64,000 bases of DNA, taken from Massalongia carnosa. Taxonomy: Eukaryota. The position numbers and the translations under genes are program-made. Each line of letters starts with the position of its first letter. Position 1 is the stretch's first letter. The stretch covers positions 2,170,001-2,234,000 of the forward strand of contig OZ287074.1 in the NCBI GenBank assembly GCA_965645245.1, given 5' to 3'. Under the pieces are notes generated by a model that was not told the DNA's origin, ran no database searches, and was given only the letters and a program-made list of their open reading frames with translations. Below are positions 11,779-23,600 of this stretch, one piece after another.

Positions 11779-13325
11779 ATGACTCAACCAGCAGTCAACA
11801 GCGATGCCGTCGCCCACCATGCTAGCCCCGCATATGTGATTGAGGATCGTCTCTTTGTCAACAACGAGTTCGTGTCCTCCAAATCCGGCCTCAGGCTCGA
11901 TGTCTATAACCCTACGACGGAAAAGGTGTGCGCTTCAGTGTATGAGGCTACCGAGGAGGATGTCGACATAGCAGTCAACGCTGCCAAAGCCGCATTCCCA
12001 GCCTGGTCGAATTTGAATGCCCAGGACAGAGGCCATTACTTGGAAAAATGGGCTGATGCCTTGGAAAGGGCTCTCCCAGAGATGGCGTATCTGGACGCCA
12101 TCAGCATGGGCAAACCTGCATACCCAGATCGTGAGCTGACCTTTCTTTCGGGAAGGACAATGGCAAGGGACACTAACTCACGGTCACAGGACTGGCACCC
12201 ATAATTTTGAACATCGTTCGGTTTTTTGCTGCCAAGGCATTGGACGTGACCGGTGAATCGTCTTTAAACACGGCAAATTTTGTCAACATCAGCATTCGGC
12301 AACCGTATGGGGTATGTGGGGCCATTACTCCTCGGCACGCTCCCGTCGTGGTAATGGCCTACAAAGTTTCGGCTGCTCTGATCACGGGCAACACCCTGGT
12401 CCTGAAATCATCGGAGAAGGCACCTCTCAGTAGCCTCGTGGCCGCCCGTTGTGCAAAGGAGGCAGGTATCCCACCGGGTGTCTTGAACGTCCTCAGTGGC
12501 TCCGGAAAGCCTTGCGGAGAGGCCATTGCAAGACACATGGAAATCCGCAAGCTTTCGTTTACAGGGTCGACGTCGGCAGGACGGGCCGTTCAAAAGGCGG
12601 CGGCCGAATCAAACCTGAAAAATGTGACCCTGGAGTTGGCTGGAAAGAGTCCATTGATCGTTTTCGAGGATGCTGACCTGTCGAAAGCAGTGCCTTCAGC
12701 CTCCATGTCGATTCTGGTAAATTCTGGGCAGATGAGCAATGCCAGCTCGAGGATCTACGTTCACGAGGCAGTTGCCGAGAACTTCATTGAGAGCATGAAG
12801 GTCACGATGACCCTTATGGGGGAGAGCGCGGACCCGTTAGCTGAAGGCACCCGAAGAGGACCGCAGGCAGACAAGGTACATTTTGAGAGGGTCCTATCAT
12901 ATCTGGCGCTGGCGCAGCAGTCTGGCATTCAAGCGCCGCTAGGTGGTGGGCGAGAAGGTTCCGAGGGATATTTTATCGAGCCCACTATTCTCATAGACGT
13001 TCCGGAAGACTCGAAGGTTATGAAGGACGTGATCTTTGGTCCCGTCGTAATCATCAACACCTTCACTGACGAGGATGACGTGATGAAGAGAGCGAATGAT
13101 TCCGAGTATGGATTGTATGCCAGTGTCTTCACGAGGGATATTTCACGTGCTCTATGCACTGCTAAGCGGCTTGAGGCTGGGAGTGTCGGAATTAACTGCA
13201 CAAGCCCAACAATGGCGATGGACATGCCCTTTGGCGGGTGGAAGGGAAGTGGGTCGGGCAGGGAGTTTAGCAGGTACGCGACTGACTACTGGACCGAGCT
13301 GAAGTCGGTGTACATCGCGTTGTAA
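11779..13325 (+). CDS. Aldehyde-dehydrogenase-fold protein with substituted catalytic residues; one intron at about 12131-12189
   Basis: LFVNNEFV, LKSSEKAPLS, SFTGST, LELAGKSP, FIEPTI and PFGGWKGSGSGRE motifs; but PWN>PRH, GQxC>GQMS and EEIFGP>DVIFGP. Confidence 0.9.
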
Positions 13326-13976
13326 TGGTCGACCAGAACTGCTCAAAAAGCAGCAGTGTCAGCTGGCCTAGTCCTGTGTTTTAAGTATTGCACAGACCGA
13401 TTGGTTTGATCTCCAATCGAAGCTTCCATTCTGAGCCACAACTTCTAGAAGGCCTTCAACGTGGATGAGGTGAAAGTCATGAGTTTGCCCATAGCCGATA
13501 CTCAGTTTAACACTCAGCGACTTAGCTCCGGCAGTGACCCCTATGCTAAAATTTGGGTCATCTGATGCAGTAAAAGTCCCTCTCATCGGTAACATGGCTG
13601 GTAGGTAATCATGCATATCAAATTTCACGTCATCATCAATTCACTTTGTCTGTCATTTAAACCTGCACTGTTCTGTAACTACAATGCATACTGATATGAT
13701 TGTTGTATTAATGGCTATAGCTTCAGTAATTATCTATGTGGGCTATCTATCTGCTTTTATAGCAGTCACATAGCAGCCACATAATAGTGATGGTGTAGGC
13801 CTCTCATAGCTACCTATTAGGCACTTTTATAGGTTGCTTGACAGGCACCCGAGGGACTCACGAAGGATGCCTTTACTGGTGATCGACTGACCATCTAACA
13901 AGGTTCTTAGCACCAGTCATGTCAACAATGACGTTGAGGTGATGACGCCAACCACAGAGACTTTAGGGGTCATGGA

Positions 13977-15141
13977 TTAGTCGAGTAGCCTCGGAGTCAT
14001 GAGATTTTTCAGGTAATCGTCCGCAATCTGGACTCGATTCCCCTGGAATCTGACAACATGCTCTTGAATGGCATCCGTGAGGATGGTTTTGAGATCTTCT
14101 GTAGTTAGCTCCTTGGCTTGAAAGCCGCGTTCAATATCCTGAAGTGCTTGATCATTTTCCACGAAAAAACGCAGGTATTGGAGCATTAGGGTTATGTCCA
14201 TTCCCATACCCAGGTGGGTTGGGAAAGCAAGCTGAAGCTTAACGCGAATCGTCGATGGATCGTCTGTCAGGAAGATGGCCGAATCGTGGATTGAAGCCGA
14301 CATTTTCGACTGAGCACCTTGGAGTGCGGGTAGGAGGCTCGAATACAAAAACGCCGGCTTATGGTACCCCAATTTTTCTGCGTGTTTGCGAACTTCGCTG
14401 AAGTATCCGTCGATGTCGTATGAGCAAGCAATCAAGCAAGACATTGATTTTAATTGATGCTGGCTCGTTCCGAGGATTCCGGGGAAAGATGTGGCGAACG
14501 CGCCCGCAGATTGAGTCGAACAACAGTAAAACTTCCCGACATTATCATCGTCGTCGAAGTCGAGCGTGTTCTTGATGTTCTTTATCGAAATGTGTCTCGC
14601 TATACCAACGATATTTTCGTAAAAGGCACCCCCGACGAAGTCGAGATTTGAGAAGATGAAGGTTTTCTTGGGATTGAAGCCAAATGCGAGAATGTCTTTT
14701 GCGTTATCTATGTCAAAGCGTCTGACGTCTTGAAATGTGAGATCTTTGGAATGAAGCAGTTTCATGTCATCAGTGAGCATGATAATAAGAGGAGCCTGGA
14801 ACACATCTTGCAGCCATCTAAGATGCGTCAACAGGTGATATGGACAGTCAGTCGAGTCTGACGTAGGCTTACTTGGTAAATTCGAATGGAATGGAGTGTC
14901 CAATGTGCAGACTGTCGCTGCTTGGACCCCTTCCAGTGAACAGATAAAACGGCAGTCCACGCTCATACTTGTCTAGAATGCCATCCAAGCCGTGGTGGCA
15001 GAAGACTATGCCTCTTCGCAGGTACCTATGAGGTATATGACCCGTCACTCTTTCAAAGCGTTTGAGTATCTTTGTGTCGATATGACTTGCATCGGTCTCG
15101 CGGATGAATTCGTTCAAATTGTCCTCTGTAACGGTATTCAT
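13977..15141 (-). CDS. Divergent cytosolic-type tryptophanyl-tRNA synthetase paralog (exons 15141-14873 and 14817-13977)
   Basis: LRRGIVFCH, FYLFTGRGPSSDSLHIGHSIPFEFTK|WLQDVF, NAKDILAFGF..KTFIFS, PALQGAQSKMSAS, AIFLTD and MTPRLL motifs; GT-AG intron 14818-14872 restores FTKWLQ. Confidence 0.92.
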
Positions 15142-15728
15142 GATCAGTGTTGTAGTAATAACCGTACTGTTGATGTCATAACACGATATTCCACTTTCTG
15201 AATGACTCTAAGCTAAGATCATATAATAATCTCAATATCACATATTTTCGAGTGATTTGAAATCGAATAGGACAACTCTTCACTGATTTATCGTGGTCTT
15301 TGAATCTTGAAAGAGTAATTGATACAAGTTGTTAAACAACGTAATAATAACTCATAATATGTAGTAATAAATGCATCGTAATAATTATTCAAATAATAAC
15401 TGCGCGAATTACACATGCGAAATTATTGAAATTAAAGTATAAAGTATTGACTTGTAATATTTCCAATTACTCGTATCCTGTTTATTAAACCTTAACTAGT
15501 CGATATTAAATATAACCGTAAACATAAGTTAATCGATCTAAAAAATGTATTCTATAAATCAAGATCAAAATTTTTAAATTTGCTTTATAATAATAAATTT
15601 CATTTTGATATAGTATCAGGCAGAGAACGCTACGTAAGATTCGAGTCAAATCAAACTCGTTAGCGAATTAAAAAACATGTAAAACTCAATAAGTTGACTT
15701 GGAAAATCAATAACGGATAAATACGTTT

Positions 15729-15794
15729 TGTGACGGTTTGACCATGAGTAGTGCGGAGGGCAGCACCTACAGCGAATAGAGCAGGAGTCCTAGT
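15729..15794 (+). mobile_element. Truncated LTR of the 26-195 family, interrupted by the Gypsy LTR
   Basis: TGTGACGGTTTGACCATG...GCAGGAGTCCTAGT matches the first ~65 bp of the 26-195 LTR. Confidence 0.6.
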
Positions 15795-16064
15795 TGTCAC
15801 GGGCAAGGTCCAGATAGGGAGATATGCAAGAGTTACTACTAGAAAGCTAGGTCTAGGGATAGTATACAAGACGTCCGACGAAGAGCTCAGGTTTTATAGC
15901 CATGGCTTCCAACTCCCCTATTCTTGACTTGCCCTTATCTCTGTTCCTGTTCTAATTTCCAAACCATGATCGCTTTGACCTGTTCCGCCTTTCTCCATGC
16001 CGAAGCAATCTCTATCTGCTGGGCAATCACAGTCGTAGCCTTTCAATTATCTGCCAAGTATCTC

Positions 16065-16470
16065 TTAAATATTTCCAAATAGCCTCCCAAATATTCCCCC
16101 AAATAGCTACCAAATAGCCTCCCAAATAGTCTCCGCTGCTTTTCAGATAGCATCTCAAATAGCCTCCCAAATATCCTTTCAAATAGTCTCGCATAAAGCC
16201 TCCCAAATAGCCTCCCAGATAGTCTTCACCGCAATCTCCCAAATAGCCTCCCAAATAGCCTTCCAAATATTCTGCGCTGCTTTTCAAATAACTCTTCAAA
16301 TAGCCTCCCAGATAGCTATCAAATAATCTCCCAAATAGCCTCTCAAATAACTTTCAATAGCCTCCCAAATAGTCTCCCAGATTATCTCCGCTGCTTTTCA
16401 AATAGCCTTTCAAATAGTCTCCCAAATAGTCTCCCAAATAGCTATCAGATAGCCTCTTGAATAGCCTCAA
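16065..16470. repeat. Degenerate 12-bp tandem array (AAATAGCCTCCC)n
   Basis: Directly visible repeated unit with periodic CTCCGCTGCTTTTC inserts. Confidence 0.85.
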
Positions 16471-16837
16471 TATCTATCTCCCATGTTATCAATTTTCTTT
16501 TTCCGCCGGTTTTCGTATAGCTTCTTTAGCTTTTTGATCTCGTGCATCTTGAATTCGTCTATTTTCTCGAAGCTGTCGATAATGAGGCACTCTAGAAGCG
16601 TAAAAATAATCGATTCCGTTTTCTCCCTTCCAACCCGATTTTTCTATTATATGTCGTTTGACGTGATTATAAGCTCGTCCGTCTCGAGTCTTATCTATAT
16701 CATCGTCAATTTTTTTTCGTCAAATATCTTCCGTTAACATTCCTGTATCGAAGAACAAAACTAGAAGAACCTAGAACCCAAAAGACAAACTGAACGAAAC
16801 ACGAAGAACCGAAGAAACCGAAGATCGCTACAGTGTT

Positions 16838-16972
16838 AGCACCAGAACCCGAACCTGAACCAGAAACCGAACCGAAACCGAAGCAGAAACCGAACCAGAT
16901 CCGAACCAGAAACCGAACCAGAACCGAACCAGAAACCGTACCAGAACTGAACCAGAACCGAACCAGAACTAG
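16838..16972. repeat. (CCAGAA/CCGAA)n short tandem array in the Gypsy 5' leader
   Basis: Repeated accagaaccgaa units. Confidence 0.8.
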
Positions 16973-19900
16973 GCATAGACACGAAAGGTGGCCTCCCCTA
17001 TAGCGATGGCACGATTCACTGGAACCGGGATTGAACTCCCAACCCGACGAGAATCGATGATCCCGACGACCCAAGAGACAGATGACGAATTGGAGGTAAT
17101 TGAACCTCTGATGATCGAGAACTTTCGACAACTGAAGGCATGGATGAAGCACGATGGCCAGGCTGTGTCCGAAATGCTTCAGGAACTGAAGAAAGCCTAT
17201 AACGACTCCATCGACAGAAGCAATCTCGCCACTGACATGGCCGAAAGCTTCCAGAAAAGAATGAATCAGCTAGAAGGAATTGTCGAATACCAAAGGAAGA
17301 ACCGAGGGAAGCACGTCGCCACGCTTCCGCAACACCAACCAACAAGACTCGGGAACGGTCGCGCCCTCACTCTCCTTCTCGGACACCAAGCACCCAACGG
17401 ACCGACGGCACTATCGACAAGAAGAAGTCCATGAAACTTCCTGACCCTCCCATTTTTACTGATGGAAAGGAGAATTCCATTGACCGTTGGCTGACAAAGA
17501 TGCGCAGCAAATTAGCGGCCAACGAGGACCACATGCCAACAGAAGTGCTTAAGAAGGCGTACGTGGAGAACCGAGTCGGAGGAGAAGCCCTGGGGCACCT
17601 GGAACCCCGACTCCGAAAAGGTGCAATTCGCCCCTTTGTGACGGCCGAAGAAATGTTCGACCAATTGGAACAAACCTACGGCAACCCTAATCGAAAAAAA
17701 AAACGCCATAAACAGCCTCCGAGCCCTCAAGTAAGGAAGCAAGGACTTTAACACCTTTTGGGCTAAGTTCCAGCGCCTAGCAGCTGAGTTGGAGCATAAC
17801 GAGGCCACGCTAATCAGCGAGTTGAAGTACAAGCTTTCCTGGGAAATGTCACGACAATTGGCCACCGGCGACCAGGCACCAACCGACCTCTACGCGTTTG
17901 CGCAAAAGTGCCAACGCTTATACCAGGGCCTCAAGGACTCAGACCGGAGTAAGGCTAGTACGGAACGTTATGCTGAAAGACTTTCTAGCACGGCTCCGAC
18001 CCCCAGCGCCACGGCCACGAAAACAACGAACTTCCACCAAGACCTACGTACCACCTCGACCCATCACCAGCACTCCGACCACTAGAACCACCTCTTACAT
18101 GACGGAGGAGGAGAAGGAACGACTGACTAGAGAAGGTCGTTGTTTCTTTTGCTAAGAAACTGGACATATATCGAGGGACTGCGAAAATAAGGCTCGGCCA
18201 GCGAAAGTACAAGAAATCGCTGAGGTTGCCGACTCGAGAAAAGAATGACCTCCACCAAAGGCGCGGATGGAGGTGAACCTTTGTTGATTTCATCTAGCTG
18301 TTTACCAGGCGATTTATTTACGGATGAACCTCTAGTCATACAGTGTAGGCTAGGTGACAGCGAAGAAATGAAAGTAATGGGACTGTTGGACACTGGTGCT
18401 ACAGGACATGCTTGTGAAAAGCTTCAAATTTCCCCTCAGAAACTGACACGACCGAAACCGGTGAAAGGCTTTGATGGTAAACGGGGTAAAGACATCACTT
18501 ATGCCATCTACCCCACCCTCACCGTACAAGACCACAAAGAGACGGTGGCGCCTCTTCTGATCACCACTCTAGGCCAACATAAGATGATCCTGGGCAAACC
18601 ATGGATGAGGAAACATGGAGTAGTTATCGACATGGCCCTGGACAAGATAATCTTCTGGTCTGGCCCGGCCACTGTTCCCATCCAGGCGCACCCATACCAC
18701 TTCAGAAGTTAGAAACGACGAAGACCCCGAAGACTACAGAACCCAGAAAGGTCATGATATTGACACGGACCCAAGAAGAAAAGACTGAACAGAAAGAACC
18801 GGAAAAGATCAAACCAGAACCGTCCATGCAGTCGAATGTGGTAGCTGACAAGGCTGATGTTAGACTATCAGAAGGACTAACAGACTTACCATCTACGGAA
18901 ACCGTGGATGGATATTCAACCGAAGATAAGCCGACTACCGAAGATAAGCCGACTTCCGAAGATAAGCCGATAGAGATGGCCATGATAGGGGCTGCTGCGT
19001 ATCGACTGCTCTCCAGACGAAAGGACGTCGAATTATTCTCCATTTCCTTGAAAGACATCGAGTATCAGCTCAACAAAGAAGACCGCCCACCGACTGACCC
19101 GAAGGCGGTAGTTCCCCCGGAATATCACGAGTTTCTGGACGTCTTTTCCAAGGCTGCATCGGACGCGCTGGCACCTCATCGACCATATGACCACCGAATT
19201 ATTCTGGAAGGAAGGAAAGATCACGGGCATAGCCCACTTAGGAGTATGTTGCAAAGAGAGCTCGAATTCGTCAAGAAATACCTCGAGGACAACCTTCGAA
19301 AGGGGTTTATCGAGGCTAGTCACGCTGCTTGCTCGTCCCCGATTCTTCTAGCCAGGAAGCCCAATGGAGGACTTCGCTTTTGTGTCGATTATCGACGGTT
19401 GAACCAGTTGTCAAAGAAAGACCGCTATCCGATCCCTCTGATAGAAGAAACGTTGGCATAGCTGAAATAGGCCAAGATCTTTTCGAAAATCGACATCCGA
19501 CAAGCGTTGCACAAACTCCGGATTGCTATGGAATCTGAAGACTTGACCACGTTCAACTCCCGTTTCGGTGCCCATAAATACAAGGTATTACCGTTTGGAC
19601 TTTCCGGAGGACCATCGACCTGGCAGCACTTTATCAACGACATGCTGTTTGATATTTGGACAAGTTCTGCACGGCTTATCTGGACGACATCCTAATTTAT
19701 AGCAAGAATCTGAAAGAGCATCGGGAACATGTACGTGCCGTTCTATCAAAACTTCGAGAGGCAGGACTCCAAGCGGACGTAGACAAATGCGAGTTTCACG
19801 TGACGGAAACGAAATATCTGGGACTGATTATTGGTGTTGATGGCATTCGTATGGACCCCGCCAAAGTCAAGGCCATTCAGGAATGGCAAATTCCAGCCTG

Positions 19901-21240
19901 CCTACGGGAGGTCCGTTTGTTCATTGGCTTCTGCAATATTTATCGCCGATTTATTAGAGGATTTTCAAAGATTGCTAAACCGCTGAATGCGTTGACAAAG
20001 AAAGAACGAATATTCGAATGGACCTCGGCATGTGAAAAAGCTTTCCGAACTCTACAGAAGCAAATTGGGGAAGCCCCGATTCTGATTCATTTCGACCGAA
20101 ACAAGCAGTGCTATCTGGAAACTGACTCTTCGGATCATGTCAATGGAGGAGTGCTATCACAAGAAGGTGACGATGGAGAGCTTCACCCGGTAGCCTTCTT
20201 TTCCAAGAACATGAGCCCGGCTAAATGTAACTACGAAATATATGACAAGGAATTACTAGCGATAATTCGCTGCTTCGAGCAATGGAAACCAGAACTGGAA
20301 AGTACGGACTTGCCAGTGAAGATCTTCACCGATCACCGAAGTCTAGAATATTTCATGTCAACTAAGAAACTAACTAGACGACAAGCTCGCTGGGCAGAGT
20401 TCCTTTCGGAATTCAACTTCGTCATTACATATCAACCCGGAAAGAAGAATGAGAAAGCGGACGCCCTGACCCGAAGGCCAGGACGATGATGACGGAAGGC
20501 AGCAACATCAGCTGCAGACACTGTTAACCCCTGAAAGATTTGAACTCCAATCAATCGAAGAAGCAACGGAACCAGAAAAAATTCCCGAACAGGACCCACC
20601 GACCCTGGACGAAAGAATAAAACTGGAAAACCTGAAGGATGAACATTGTACCAGAATCAGAAAAGCCATAGAAAGAACACCACCGACGACTCGTTACCCG
20701 ACATAAAGAATTGCATTGTGGAAAACGGACTGCTATATAAACAAAAGCGCTTATTTCTTCAGATGACGTTGTTTAAATATATCTAATCTTTAACAATAAT
20801 ATTTCGTCGTATCTATGATAAAATAAAACATGACATAACGTATGAGATAGAATCTAAGATGAGTGATTCGAGTACGAACCGCTCATGTTGTTATAATAAA
20901 TCATTGACTGAAACTAAATTTGTTTGATTTGATTAATCGCGCGGGAGAATAAACACGAGCATACGCAGTAGAGTTGCAGCTAGTAAAGTGATCAACAATA
21001 ATTGATTGATCATTTTCTCTGGTTCATAAGTTGATTCAATCGTTGTTGTTTCAAGTTTCCAGTCTGTGCGTATCGATAATTGCAAAAACTCGAATGAAAA
21101 AGCAGCTCAATTAATAAGATAAACGACAACGAAGTCCTTCCCAATAGGTTAAGTTTCTTGTTTCCATCCTTACCCTTTCCCTTCCTGACCTTCTCTTCCT
21201 CTTTTCAGTTTGTCATTTTCACTCGGTTTGTGCTCGATCT

Positions 21241-22971
21241 TTACTTTACCAACACTCGGACGCCCAACGTGCCTGGCTTCGGGGACGGGACGAACCTATC
21301 CCGGTAACAGTCCACCGCGTCCCTCGTCGTCTCGAATAGCTCGAAGTCGCACCGGCGGAATACGGTCGCTAGGGCGATGTATATCTCCGCATAAGCGAGT
21401 TTCATGCCGAGGCAAGTCCGTGTGCCTTTTCCGAAACTGACCATGTAGCGAGACAAGTACTTGCCGTCGGGCGCTTTGGGAGCGTCAAGCCACCGCTCCG
21501 GGCGGAAGGTGAAGCTGTCTGGGAAGATATTTTCATCGTGCGAGACGGAGAAGTTGGACATGGAGATAACGGTGCCAGGGGGAAGCGCGTATGATTTATA
21601 CATGATGGTTTGCGTCTCGGAGGTGCGAGGGGTGCGTTGGGCGGTACCATAGGACAAGCGGAGGGCTAGAGGAGGGAGAGAGTGGTTAGCGACTTGAATT
21701 CGTGGGGTTCAGGGATGAGAAAGCGAGAACGCACCTTCTTCGATGCAGGCGCTCAGGTAAGGCAGTTTCTCGTACACTTCGAGAGGTGGTAGCGATTCGG
21801 GATTGGGTATAGCCGAGATGAGTTCTTCGCGAAGGCGGGCTAGAATGGCGGGATTGTCAAGGATATGGAAGCTTGCGACGCTTAAAGCGCGTTTGGTTGT
21901 TTCTATGCCGGCGCCTATCAGGCTAATTGCTTCATGTTGGAGACGAGTCAGGGAGAGCTCTTCTGGCTGCAAATCCGAATCTAGAAGCGAGGCGAAAACC
22001 GTTTTGCTAGACTTTTCAGCGTTGTCGACTTTTCGGTTACTCAGAATGGCTGAGATTTGGCTACTCATCTCCTTCCGGACATGTCAGTCCATGACGTCTT
22101 GGGAGGTCAACAACATACTGACATTATTGAAAGTAATGACCGATGCCGTGTCTGGCTGTAGGATCATGACCATCCAATCAGGGAGGGAATTGACAATGGA
22201 TAAGATCCATGGAAATTGAGTGACCAGATGAACACTATTCGCAAGGCCATTCATCGCGTCAAGGAAAAACGCTCGGAAATCGGGTAATTCGGTAAAGTGA
22301 TATGCTCGGTCGAAGCAATACTCGACGATCGTGTCGGATGTGAGGCATCCCCACATATCATCCATGACTAGAAATCGGTTGGAATTTGCATATTCCCTTT
22401 GCAGACGATCACAAAGCTTATTCACGCGGTTCTGAATGACTGGCGAATGCAGGGCAATCTTGCGGGTCGAGAAAAATGGATTCAACGCAGCTCGTCGAAT
22501 CCGATGAGTCTCGTGCTTAGGTGTTGCAAAACTCGCTTTGGGACTGCTGAACCGATTTTCCAGGCGCTTCAGTTTGTCTAATTTTTGCGAGGAGGAATAG
22601 AGCGTGTGAAAGAAATCTGAATCCTGAATATGCACTTCGTCGGGACTGATCCGAACGATAGGACCTTTGGAATGTCAGTCCATTCTCAATCTCAATGTCA
22701 CGCAAGCCTGCATACCATATTGCTCATGCCATTTTCGATATTGCCATATGAATTGCCCGCCTTCTCCATGACCGATCTCATAGTAGGTTTCCGTCCATCG
22801 CGTCAAGGCCGCCAGCTTTGGGCCGGGGATCTTGGCTAGAGGACTCCAGTACAGTCGATAGAAAGCAAGCAACGCCCAGTAAAGTGCTATCGCAATTGCA
22901 GAGCCCGCGGCAATCAAGGAAAGACGCGTAGAAGAGGCAAGTCTATCCTCAAAAAGTTGAACAATTGCCAT
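21241..22971 (-). CDS. Cytochrome P450 (trichodiene-oxygenase/CYP58-like clan); 4 exons
   Basis: N-terminal TM helix plus PLAKIPGPKLAA; GPIVRISPDEVHI; I-helix GAGIETT; ExxR; FRPERW; heme motif FGKGTRTCLG; canonical introns. Confidence 0.93.
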
Positions 22972-23600
22972 CTTTAGCGAGTCTTGGTTGTGATCTGGTC
23001 TTAGAAGGATACAATGGGAGATGGCTGAGGTGTTAAAATGGAAAGATCGGATTGTCACATCAAGTGCTTTCCAACAAAGAAATGAAACCCGAGGGGAATT
23101 CAAGATGATTCATCGTGAGGAAAGTAACACAGAAGCATATTGCGGGGCGATATCACCCTTTTACCTTGCCCCTAATTTCTACTACAGTACCTTCCTCTAC
23201 CTTCCCCTAAACTTCACCACCTTCCGACCCTCCAAGCTTCCACGCTTCCTACCTACCAACATCCATCCCCCCATTACTCAGACGATAAAGAACATAGAAT
23301 TACATTACGTGTACTGTACCTGTTAGATAAGGTAACGTACGATATATCCATGGATTTGATTCGGATCGGCTCTTATAAGGCCGGACGATGTACGGAGACA
23401 TGAGAGTAAAATGAGTCAAACAGGCAACTTGCGGAACGGTGAGCGTCTGATTTGATCAGGTTTTATCCCCTAATGTAATCATAATATGTTAACAATGAGG
23501 TGATGATAAATTGAGGATGAGATACTATTACGTGATTGAATCGTTTGAGATTATCGCATGAGTGTTTTCTCGCGTATTCCTTGCATGATGTATGCGATAG

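Larger units (their letters stand above)
15795..20760 (+). mobile_element. Ty3/Gypsy LTR retrotransposon, degenerate and 3'-truncated (no integrase or 3' LTR)
   Basis: Putative LTR TGTCAC...TCACA at 15795-16031; gag (KLPDPPIFTDG; zinc knuckle CFFC*ETGHISRDC); protease [30 protein letters not shown]; RNase [24 protein letters not shown]; many stops and frameshifts. Confidence 0.92.

Noticed and set aside
13368..13628. 86-aa minus-strand ORF between the ALDH-like and TrpRS-like genes
   Set aside because: GTG start, no recognisable motif and no splice evidence; cannot be supported as a gene
13977..15141. Calling this the housekeeping TrpRS (WRS1) or a cyclodipeptide synthase
   Set aside because: It lacks AIDQ, E199 and part of the anticodon domain expected of the housekeeping enzyme, and it keeps HIGH/KMSAS, which CDPSs lack
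16027..17152. ORFs with YLGG and GSGS repeats
   Set aside because: Antisense translations of tandem repeats in the Gypsy leader
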